Origin: Laetmonice hystrix
Lineage: Eukaryota
Direction of reading: 5' to 3'
DNA length: 64,000 nucleotides
NCBI GenBank assembly: GCA_965235115.1
Contig: OZ249436.1
Coordinates: 32,676,001-32,740,000, forward strand
Under the pieces are notes generated by a model. The model was not told the DNA's origin. It did not search any database and worked only from the letters and a program-made list of their open reading frames with translations. Of this stretch, positions 43,666-55,600 are shown in pieces. The translations under genes were made by a program, and so were the position numbers. The stretch's first letter is position 1. Each line of letters starts with the position of its first letter.

Positions 43666-46600
43666 ATGTCTGTTTCGGACCCGTTGATTAAACGTTTGAA
43701 AGGTAAGGTAAAACGCGTCAGTAACCAGCTAGGGGAACTAGCCAGTTAGGGGGAATTTCCACATATAGGGAGATTTCTCCCTATCAAGAGACTCAACAGA
43801 TCTGCCCAACTATTCCATTTAGGAAGTCTCCTGATCGGGAGAATTCCCTGTACAGGGAGAAAATCTCCCAATCAGGAGAAAATCTCTCAATCAGGAGAAT
43901 TCTTTTTTGACAATGGGAATGATGCTCTTCAAGGTCATTTTGATTTCAGACGAACTGTCCATCAAGCCCACAGTCATGCAGGGATCGTTTGGCGGTGAAA
44001 CTGTTTACTAGGCTTCTTTAAGTTACGAGATCATATACATCGTCAGGAAATGTCTAAAAGAACAAGATCATCGTGCACAATCCAGGAACGGTGTGAAACA
44101 GGACAGTTTAAGAGAATTTGCTCATCTATTATTCATGATGAATCTACAAACACTGGATTGGTAAATGTAAAGAAGGGGAAAAAACTAAAGAAATCCACCT
44201 ACAAAAAACTATTAGAAAATGGTATAATGAAGGAATGGTCTGTCTTCATTTGCCAGGCCTGTATTAAAAAGGTTGAAACAGGTAGCGGAGAAGGGAATCT
44301 CAATTCTGATCAAAGTGTCGAAATTGGTTCCACTTCCAGTGTTGAAGTGACTGATTCTCCCATGTCTACCGAGGAAGTTGATGACGGAGAACTGGAAGAA
44401 CAATGTGCTAAAGTTGGAGCAGCTCTTGCTGGCATGATTAGCAAAGATGTTGCTGCCTTGTTTAAGGATAGAAATAGGTGCAACGTTGAATGTTTGACGG
44501 ACTACAGTCCAAAGGTTTGGTTAAATCAGAGGCCAAAGGAACTGGTTAAACTTTTGCAGGCTTTATGTGGGAAAGGAAACAGTGACAAAAACGACTTTCT
44601 CATAGCAAAACTGATAGAACAGATTTACGGTATCAGGAATTCTAGACTAGTTTTGCCATTATCATTCAGAGAAAATTTGTTGGTCTATTCACTTTCTGGC
44701 AGCAAGACCCTTGTGGACTACATGGGTTCAGTGTCCCCAGCTGGGTCACATAAATACCTGTACCAATGGCTTGAAGCACAGGCAACCCAAGAAATCGAGT
44801 TCCCAACTGGTTTAGTGAGATCAGTTTTTGACAATGAACAAATCATTGGAAAAACACACAGTGTGAAAGCTGACAACAGGGTGCCACAGAGCATTATTAC
44901 AAGTCATGCATACCTCATTATTGACCCAAGCAATACGATGCAGAATGATGACAGTCTTTCACCACAGCACTGGCTATTCCTGCCCTTTTCTGTAGAGCAA
45001 AAGAGAAAGATTCTTCATTCTCTTGATGGAAATTCTGATTTTTTCAGACACACACGAGATATGTTCATTAATGCACGTTTACAGGAAGTTTGTGAAGAAA
45101 ATTCAGAAAAGTCTGACTACATTGATGAAATCCTTAGGCGGGAACAGCATGTGACCACTGTGAAGTACTGTGTTGAATGTGGTGCTGAAAATGATTACAG
45201 CTATCGGCTCTGTACCAATTGCCGAGGGCAGCTACGAAGGCAAAATCCTGAATACGATGATCTCTTACTTGAAAAAAAACCCAACAAAACATTTGCTGCA
45301 TTTCAGGACCATTGAAACACAGTCAAACAATACAAAGGTTATGGCTGGGGAACCCGATTTCTTGAATCCTAACAGCTATAACAATATAATCACTATCCTT
45401 CACAATATACTAGTATTTCATGTTCAGCAGGGGTCAACTCTTGAGCCTGTAGGCCTATCTCTACACCACTGCTACTACTACTCTCAGTACTCTGCACTAG
45501 AGAGTATAGAGTTAAGACATCTGGCTCATCTGCTTCAGATGGTTCGATTTGACCTCCGTTGCTCAGATCGTTCAACAGGCGTATCGCCAAAGCAGATTCT
45601 GGTTCCAATTCCATACTCTTTATCAGTCACCTGTAATCATAAATGTACAATAAAATTTTCTGTAGAACCATGATAATTCACTGCTGGACATTCAGCACTG
45701 GACATGGAAGATCCACAAATGTGGATAGGATGGAGTTGAGCTTTTACTTAGTGCGCATCTTGTTGGGGGGGGGGGGGGGGGGGTGTGCAAGACAAGGACT
45801 GCCCGAAAAAATGTTCTGGCAAAATTTTTTCCCAAGCCCCCAAAATAAATAATAAATAAACTTTTACTTTACCAACTGCTTGATTTTTACCTCAGGAAAT
45901 GCCCCAAAATATCAATTTGGGGGCCCCCTGCCTCTTACCGCTATGAGTGTAAAGCCCGCCGTACACTGTCACGACTTTGCCCAACTCCCGACTCCCGACT
46001 CCCGACTGACCACCGTACACTCTCCCGATTATCTGCTCCCGACCCATGCAGAGTGGGCGGCCATAGATCGGCACCGTAGTTGGGAGGTCATCCAGTTCAA
46101 CCCCCACTTGAATGCCCAGAAAGTGTTATTATAATCTTTCTAGCCTAGGTGATAATAGTGTGAAGACTAACTGCTCGACCTGTTTAGCTTTCATTGTCAC
46201 TTGTGACATCATAATAGTTAACTACGTATTTTGATACATAATATTACAATGTTTCACTGACAAAAAGGCTGTGGCGTCATAATGAGGACGTGCGGCAGAG
46301 CCGTGAAGAGAAGGCTTAGATCTAACGTAGACTGCACTATTTTGCTGTCTAGCTCTCGTTTTATCAACAGATGCATTAAAATACTATAGACACCGAAACT
46401 TCAAAGGTCAGTAGATATTCTCTGAAAATTATAGCATTATAATATCTGTGTAAACATCATTATAGGCCCCTGATCCTACACAGCTTCGATTGGCGCCTGG
46501 CTGTCTATTGTGATATTTAACGTCATTATCAAAGTTTTGGGAACTTTTAAATTTCCAAACAAAGCTCGCTGCATTCATAACTGAAAGGAGTCTCGCTAAA

Positions 46601-49600
46601 AGAAAGACATCTATGGAAACCTTACGATGTGGGGAAAAATTCTGGGTACTTTTTTGTATAGGTCGTCGCGACAGATTTTGCATGGCAAGACCTGCAAGGT
46701 AGAGAAGTCACGCGTTTTCAGGTTTTTTGTACGTTTTTGATGATTTTCGAATGGCCGTATGAAAAAGAATCCTTAAATCTATTTATTAAATTTTATACTG
46801 GACAAAAGCCACATATCTCTAGTTTCCTTTGCAATAATTTCAATCTGAATTGATTCATTGTTATTACCACCGCGAGCGTGTTTTGAAGAACCCAAGGTTG
46901 GAAAATCTAAGCTCAGTCGGCCGTAATCGGGAACCACGCTCGGCTCCCGATTCGTTTTTCGAATCGGCTACGATTTGCTCCAACTGCAGTCGGGAGCTGT
47001 CGGGAGCAGTCGGGAACCATGGTTACCGACTCGAGTTGGGCAAAATCGGGAAAGTGTACGGCGGGCTTAACCTCCTCACCACCTATTTGGAAAGGCATTG
47101 AAGAGAAATCCTTAAAATTCCTGGAGAAATTCACCAAAAACAAAATATAGCTAAGCCTACCCAACATGTACAGCCTACCCATGTTAAAGGGTCTACCTGA
47201 TAAGCAGCCAGTAGCGTTTTTTGCATATTAAAATTCTCATCATGTTCCTGGCCATGTTCCAGAACATCACACTGCTCAGGGACAACAAAAAATAACAATG
47301 AAAACATACGAGTCTGTTATTTACTGCTATAAATAACTGCAATAAATTTAATTAATTATAAATCCAAGCTTTATAACCTTCTAGAATGCAATGGGTTAAA
47401 ATAATCAAGGGCTGCCAACATCATGTCACTCCCAGCGCTGTGACAAGGCCATACTAACATAGGCCAAGCCGAGTTAGGTCTAGAGACTGCTCGATGCATG
47501 CGCCATCTTCAGGTGGAATGGGCCTGTGATTTAAATACACGTTGGCTTGTTTGTGATCGTCAGTGGAGGGCTCTGATCGTCATATTAGGCATCTTTGGAC
47601 TGTTTACATGTAGATCTGAGTGACACATTGCAACTGCAACGCAAGTGCAAGGCGGTCAGACTTCTGTGCTGTGGTGTGACTGTGCCTGTGGTAACATGAA
47701 TGAATGTCAATGTGTGCTCGCATTAGCTTTGTATAGATCCAGATCAGGCCAAGGCCAAGGGCTAACGTCAGTGCTAGGCCGGTAATGCCTGGCTATATAG
47801 TATATAGTATGTGCTGACGACCCCCCCCCCCCCCCCGCCTAAGCTAAGCCTAAGGCCAATGTTGTGGCAATCAATGGGGGGGGGGGGGGGATTCTGTATT
47901 GGCAGTTGGCACATGACATGGCTCAGACCTGCCAAATCTTTTTACCTACCAAGTGGGAGAATCTCCCACCTGAGGTAATCCCAAGCGGGAGATAATTCGC
48001 GGTGAAACGGTACCAGTGATCAAACATCTTATAAATACAAGTATTGATGGGGATCAGGGTTAGAAATTAGGCCCAAAAATCTGAGCCATCCGGGCTCCCA
48101 GAATTTGAAATCTGGGAGCCCGGCAAGAAATCTAGGGGCCCGGAATTTTACGACTAGTGAACAGGTGGGAAAACTTGGAAAAATTATGAAAACCTGCACT
48201 GCCTTGACGATATACTGCATTGGTACATTAGTAGATACAACTTGGCTGACAGCCGCAGTTAAAGTTGCACACTGACACAGGACAAATACCACACATATAC
48301 ATACATATAAAATTAATAATGCAGTGGAGTGAAATATAATGAAAAACTGGCAGGTAAGAAATCAGGGCATGCAAAAGTTTAAGTCATCCATGCAGAGTAT
48401 GACATTTCAATGCTGTGTTACACCGTCCAGTTATGAGTTGTAAAAGTGGATGGGTTTTATTAAAGTCATCTAAAATGATAAATTTATGTTTATGTTTCAG
48501 GGTTCATAAAAACATTGCGGACAGAACCTGACCTGATCAAGGACACTCACCCTGCTGTGCAGCCCTTCTGTGAAGTTCTTGAGCTCATCTTTAGAAAAGG
48601 CCTGAAGCGTAGGTTTCAGTTTAGTCAGTGAGATAAAGCCTTCAATACCGGTAATAGGAGGGTCTGTTTGTTTTTGTAGTTTTATCCACCAATATCGGAG
48701 GATAAACCTGAACATCGCTTTCCAAAAATAATCATGCATTTTGATGTTGAATGTAAAAGGTTTTGAAAGACAACCTACTGGTATAAAACATCTTTGGTTA
48801 AAAGTCTTGCAACATGCTTGCCTCTGAATACCAGTACTTACCAGAGTCAGAGATATCTGTAAAAACCCACTTTCCCTCACATAGAACATTTGCCCAGAAT
48901 CATTTTATGGATTCAGTGTTTCATGGAGGGTTTTTTGTGTAATGGGTGTAATTTTTGCCACCCCACCCCCAAAATACAGGATTATTATGTCTACCAGTTC
49001 ATTTAACTTTAATAACTTCCCAGGACATTAAAAATGTAGAGATGCTTCACCTCTTTCCCTACAGAAACATCCACATTGTTTGGACGAAGTAAAAAGGACT
49101 TTTGGAATTGGATAGAGGCTGTGTGTGACAACAATAACAACAATAATGAGCGGTAAGAAATTTTTTTAAGTTTTTGACCCAATTTTAAAGTGATTGCTTT
49201 TTCATTTTTTAGAGAAAGCGCTAGAATTGAGTAAATTAAAACATAAAGATATGAAATTTGTTCTGTTTCTCTTCTTTCTTTTTTTGTGTGTTTACATTTG
49301 TACAGTCAAACCTGGATAATCCGACATTGGACAATCTGACAAACTGAAGATCCGACAAGAATTAGCATGAAACCAACTGATTACAGTACATTTTGCTTGA
49401 CATATTGAACTTCAGACCCCAACACCTAATTCCCATGACCAAACATGCTAATCTGACTGTCAAAACACTCACTAATCCGACACTGACAATGACAGCTCTG
49501 ACAATGGTTATCACTCAACTGTTGAATTAACATGCAAGTCACACCTCCCGCCCCACAGTCATACCTCTCACCCCACCGTCACTCCTGCCCCACAGTCATT

Positions 49601-52600
49601 ACCTCTCACCCCACCATTGCACCTCCCGCCCCACAGTCATACCTCCCACCCCACCATCGCACCTCCCGCCCCACAGTCATTACCTCTCACCCCACCATCG
49701 CACCTCCCGCCCCACAGTCATTACCTCTCACCCCACCATTGCACCTCCCGCCCCACAGTCATACCTCCCACCCCACCATTGCACCTCCCGCCCCACAGTC
49801 ATACCTCCCACCCCACCGTCGCACCTCCCGCCCCACAGTCATACCTCCCACCCCACCGTCGCACCTCCCGCCCCACAGTCATACCTCCCACCCCACCGTC
49901 GCACCTCCCGCCCCACAGTCATACCTCCCACCCCACCGTCGCACCTCCCGCCCCACAGTCATACCTCCCACCCCACCGTCGCACCTCCCGCCCCACAGTC
50001 ATACCTCCCACCCCACTGTCGCACCTCCCGCCCCACAGTCATACCTCCCACCCCACCGTCGCACCTCCCGCCCAACAGTCATACCTCCCACCCCACCGTC
50101 GCACCTCCCGCCCCAGTCATACCTCCCACCCCACCGTTGCACCTCCCGGCCCACAGTCATACCTCCCACCCCACCGTCGCACCTCCCGCCCCACAGTCAT
50201 ACCTCCCACCCCACCGTTGCACCTCCCGCCCCACAATCATACCTCCCACCCCACCGTCGCACCTCCCGGCCCACAGTCATACCTCCCACCCCACCGTCAC
50301 ACCTCCCGCCCCACAGTCATACCTCCCACCCCACCGTCGCACCTCCCGCCCCACAGTCATACCTCCCACCCCACCGTCGCACCTCCCGCCCCACAGTCAT
50401 ACCTCCCACCCCACCGTCGCACCTCCCGCCCCACAGTCATACCTCCCACCCCACCGTCGCACCTCCCGCCCCACAGTCATACCTCCCACCCCACCATCGC
50501 ACCTCCCGCCCCACAGTCATACCTCCCACCCCACTGTCGCACCTCCCGCCCAACAATCATACCTCCCACCCCACCGTCGCACCTCCCGCCCCACAGTCAT
50601 ACCTCCCACCCCACTGTCGCACCTCCCGCCCAACAATCATACCTCCCACCCCACCGTCGCACCTCCTGCCCCACAGTCATACCTCCCACCCCACCGTCGC
50701 ACCTCCCGCCCCACAATCATACCTCCCACCCCACCGTTGCACCTCCCGGCCCACAGTCATACCTCCCACCCCACCGTCGCACCTCCCGCCCCACAATCAT
50801 ACCTCCCACCCCACCGTTGCACCTCCCGCCCCACAATCATACCTCCCACCCCACCGTCGCACCTCCCGGCCCACAGTCATACCTCCCACCCCACCGTCAC
50901 ACCTCCCGCCCCACAGTCATACCTCCCACCCCACCGTCGCACCTCCCGCCCCACAGTCATACCTCCCACCCCACCATCGCACCTCCCGCCCCACAGTCAT
51001 ACCTCCCACCCCACTGTCGCACCTCCCGCCCCACAGTCATACCTCCCACCCCACCGTCGCACCTCCCGCCCCACAGTCATACCTCCCACCCCACCGTTGC
51101 ACCTCCCGGCCCACAGTCATACCTCCCACCCCACCGTCACACCTCCCGCCCCACAGTCATACCTCCCACCCCACCGTCGCACCTCCCGCCCCACAGTCAT
51201 ACCTCCCACCCCACCGTCGCACCTCCCGCCCCACAGTCATACCTCCCACCCCACCGTCGCACCTCCCGCCCCACAGTCATACCTCCCACCCCACCGTCGC
51301 ACCTCCCGCCCCACAGTCATACCTCCCACCCCACCATCGCACCTCCCGCCCCACAGTCATACCTCCCACCCCACTGTCGCACCTCCCGCCCAACAATCAT
51401 ACCTCCCACCCCACCGTCGCACCTCCCGCCCCACAGTCATACCTCCCACCCCACTGTCGCACCTCCCGCCCAACAATCATACCTCCCACCCCACCGTCGC
51501 ACCTCCTGCCCCACAGTCATACCTCCCACCCCACCGTCGCACCTCCCGCCCCACAATCATACCTCCCACCCCACCGTTGCACCTCCCGGCCCACAGTCAT
51601 ACCTCCCACCCCACCGTCGCACCTCCCGCCCCACAATCATACCTCCCACCCCACCGTTGCACCTCCCGCCCCACAATCATACCTCCCACCCCACCGTCGC
51701 ACCTCCCGGCCCACAGTCATACCTCCCACCCCACCGTCACACCTCCCGCCCCACAGTCATACCTCCCACCCCACCGTCGCACCTCCCGCCCCACAGTCAT
51801 ACCTCCCACCCCACCGTCGCACCTCCCGCCCCACAGTCATACCTCCCACCCCACCGTCGCACCTCCCGCCCCACACTCATACCTCCCACCCCACCGTCGC
51901 ACCTCCCGCCCCACAGTCATACCTCCCACCCCACCGTCGCACCTCCCGCCCCACAGTCATACCTCCCACCCCACCGTCACACCTCCCGCCCCACAGTCAT
52001 ACCTCCCACCCCACCATCGCACCTCCTGCCCCACACTCATACCTCCCACCCCACTGTCGCACCTCCCGCCCCACAGTCATACCTCCCACCCCACCGTCGC
52101 ACCTCCCGCCCCACAGTCATACCTCCCACCCCACCATCGCACCTCCTGCCCCACAGTCAACATGCACTTTTAACACGTGTGCCTCATATTAAAAAAGTCA
52201 GGCCCCGACTGAAAGAACACTCTCATTCTGTTTTAATGCTCAGAACATGAGTAAAGTAGACTGAGCTTAATTAGCTCAATAGCCTGGGCATTTCACGGCT
52301 TTCCATGGTGTGACCTGCAGTCATGTCTGCCAAACAAATGAGACACTACCTTTTAGAAGCCATCAAGTTTATTGTCCAGGTTTGACTGTATAAGGAGGTG
52401 TGTTGTAGTCTAAGGCAACTTGGCTGACAAGGTTGTTGCCATGTCTCTTAGATAGTATCTCTCCTTGTTGTACTTCTGCTAATACCACATACCTGCCAAC
52501 CCTTCTGCATTCTGTGGAATCTAAATGGGGTATTCTGCACCCCACACTCAGAATATTACGGAACTACAAAATTTAGAGAACAATTGTACATTCACTCCAA

Positions 52601-55600
52601 ATCAATTTCTCACTAAGGCCAAGTTACATTTTTGGCAGTTCAGATCATTTGTGGGTGCTGCCATGTTTGTTTGTGGCACAAGGTTACCAGTAAATCAGAG
52701 CTTGACTATATAGGCCTACATGTCAGTCAAGGAGAGAGCGAAAGACAGGAACACAGACAAATATATATGGGGGGGGGGGGGGGTCCGATATATGTTATCT
52801 AGAGAAAATGCCAAAAAAAAACATATTTGCAAGTAGGATAGCAGGTTTATGGAAATATATTTTTTGTTTCAGAATCAATCCTATTTTCTCCATGGCAGTC
52901 TATACAGTCAGGTCTTCCAATAACGTATGTATAAAATGCCCTATTTTGTACTAGTCACAAGCAGAAGTCACAACCTTTGAGACATCTGCATGTAGCAATA
53001 TTGCTTGGCTCAGCTTAGAAATCCTAGAAATGTACTGCGATCTGGTGGCAGATTTTAGTATCACACACTGGAGGTCGGGTTGATAGGTCCAGTTGATTGT
53101 TCATTGGGAATGCTCATGAATCATAAAGTCTAGGCTTTCAAAAGACTAGGAATATTGAGATGCCTAAGAATCTGGTAGTACAGATATACTTTTTTAGCAG
53201 CTCATAGCAGGGAAGGCACTCCCCATAAAATGGGGATTGTTCAACAAGGCTGAAGTCAAAGAAATGCTCCATATTTCTCTTTTACTTGTAACTCCAAAGA
53301 AAGATCATTTTATGAGAAATTATGTGAATGATGAGTACCAGTAATACAGAAAAAATGCTCCTGGAAATGACCCGCCATCCCATTGTTAAACGTTGCTCTC
53401 CAAATTGATATGATACTTTCATTGTGTACGGCCCTTGTATATCTTATATGACACAAAGTCTGTTGACTTCCTAAAAGCCTTTTCTTGGCAGGAACCCCCC
53501 TTTAAAGATGTGGGTACCTCCTAAGTCCATAAAAAATTGTATGATGCCATGGTGCCAATATCGAGGTGGTCTTGTTCACATTAATAGGTGTACTTGCATC
53601 TACAAGATGCTGTACAAACACCTGCAGTAAAAGCAAATGTCTAGAATTTTTTGTTAGGAATAGGCATCCTCTCTGCTTCAAAAGTCCTTGTCTTGCCTAA
53701 AATGGACACAATTTTTCGACTGACATTGCTCTTATATGATAGTGTAAAGAGGTCCGAAATAAATATTCCTACCCTGGAAATAGCGTTGATTGGTCTGCAA
53801 TCAAGCCACAGGGAGCCCCCAAAGTGAATTTTGGTGTACACCGAAGACCGTACAGTAGAGGGGGCATGGCCCCAAGTGACCCCGTTGGAAGTTATGTCTT
53901 ATTCTTCCAATGGGGTATATTAGACGCATGCACAATGGGGATTTCCAGTAAAATCCGCAAGGCGGCAGCACTGTGCAGATTGGTCCTTGCTGGAGTACGT
54001 TAGCACAAGTTTAGATAGGACGGACGAAATGTGCTGTAGGATGACCTAACCTTATCATTACTAAATAATATTAACTCATATGGACAGAAGGGAATGCAAA
54101 AAGTCTAAAAATTGTCATACCTTTTTAGAACAAATGTCGGTATGTCAACCAGGCACAGATTAGCAGATATCAGCCTATCTAATTCTATGCTAAAATGTCT
54201 CCTCCTGAACCGCGTGCACAGTGCTGCCGCCATGCGGAAAAGGCGGCGACAAGGTTCCCCATAGAGCCCCTTCAATAGTAACAACAAATTAAGTTATATA
54301 TAGTGAATCCATTTTTATTGATGGAACAGGTGTGGTCAAATCAGGGAAGGGGCCGGCACTTCATCAGGGTGGCCCTTCAAAGGAAAACACTTTGTGTTCC
54401 AATAGAGATGTTAATGAAGAATGCCAGACTGATGGAGGTCAGTATACACCACTTGTGAAATGATATGTCAGTTTGAATAAGTTATATTTTACAGTATTGA
54501 TGGCAAACAACACATACAACCTACCAGTGATAGGGATGGACAGTACCATGCAATCTATGACGAAAACTAACTCTATTTGTTATACATGCTTGCCTTTCTC
54601 ACCTGTATTCAGAGACTGACAGTCATGTGGCTTAAAAAAATTATTCTTTAGTTGATTAACAAGAGTGATTCTAAGTGTTTTTTAATTACAGAGTTGGTAC
54701 AACCCCAGCATATCAATCATAGGAGATGAGATCCTCTGTGGTGAGCTTCCAAATACATTCTAGGAATCCGTTAAACTTGATAATTACCATTGCATAGACT
54801 TGCCAAAAGTAAAGTGCATCAATATAATTAAAGCACAGGAAACTTGTATGATGGCATGTTTATACCCGTGAAAGGCCCTTGCAAAAAAAAAACATTGCTA
54901 CAAAACACCTTTGATTGTTAAATTCTCTCAAAAAACATTTACAAGTAAACATAATATTTTTTCCAGAAATCTTGATGTCGCTCCTATTTGAAACTACAGA
55001 AATCAACTTCCAATTAAATGTTGATGTAAGTATGGGACAGTGGTAGCCACACTTTCTCCGTGTTGAAATAACAAAGTTCAGGACCAATCTTATAGCTTTG
55101 GGTCCAAAACACATCATGTTGTTACATGACTCGATCTGAACATACTGTTATACTACAGTCTGACAGTCATACTACAGTAAGACTACAGTCTTATGTACCG
55201 GGGTAGGTGGTCCTACATGATGTAAGTAGAAAATGTGGTACACGGTAACACAAAATTGTTCATATGATAGACATGGAGAACCCGTTCTATAATGGAAAGT
55301 TCTCCTAATCTCTTCTACACCCGTTAGATAGTTTTGGGAGGTTCAAATGTTATTCTTGCATCAAAATGCATGCATTTTTCAGTTTAGTGATCAGGGAAGG
55401 CAATCAGTTTCCAGGACAAATTTTAAGGGTCTTATTTAGTTTAATGCATATATGGTTTACTTTTCAGAATTGTTCCTTTCTTGACCAAACATGGACCATT
55501 CCGGTGAGTTTAAAGGGAACAAAAGATCATTCCGGTCACTTTACTAACCCTGGATGTAGAAATTTATATTTGCTTAGTAGGATTCATGGAGGATACTTTA

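Noticed and set aside
45271..45280. Programmed -1 ribosomal frameshift at the A8 run
   Set aside because: The protein-like continuation is in the +1 frame, not -1. A homopolymer indel (mutation or sequencing error) is simpler.
49129..49147. Poly-Asn (AAC/AAT)6 tract in a RUN-domain exon
   Set aside because: Short low-complexity loop insertion; ordinary.
49537..52158. CRISPR-like array
   Set aside because: Head-to-tail repeats without unique spacers, no cas genes, eukaryotic context.
49532..52250. Three long Pro/His/Thr-rich ORFs (886, 877 and 678 aa) resembling extensin or mucin
   Set aside because: They are open in all three frames only because the 40-bp unit lacks stop codons on the plus strand, and they lie in an intron between phase-compatible exons.
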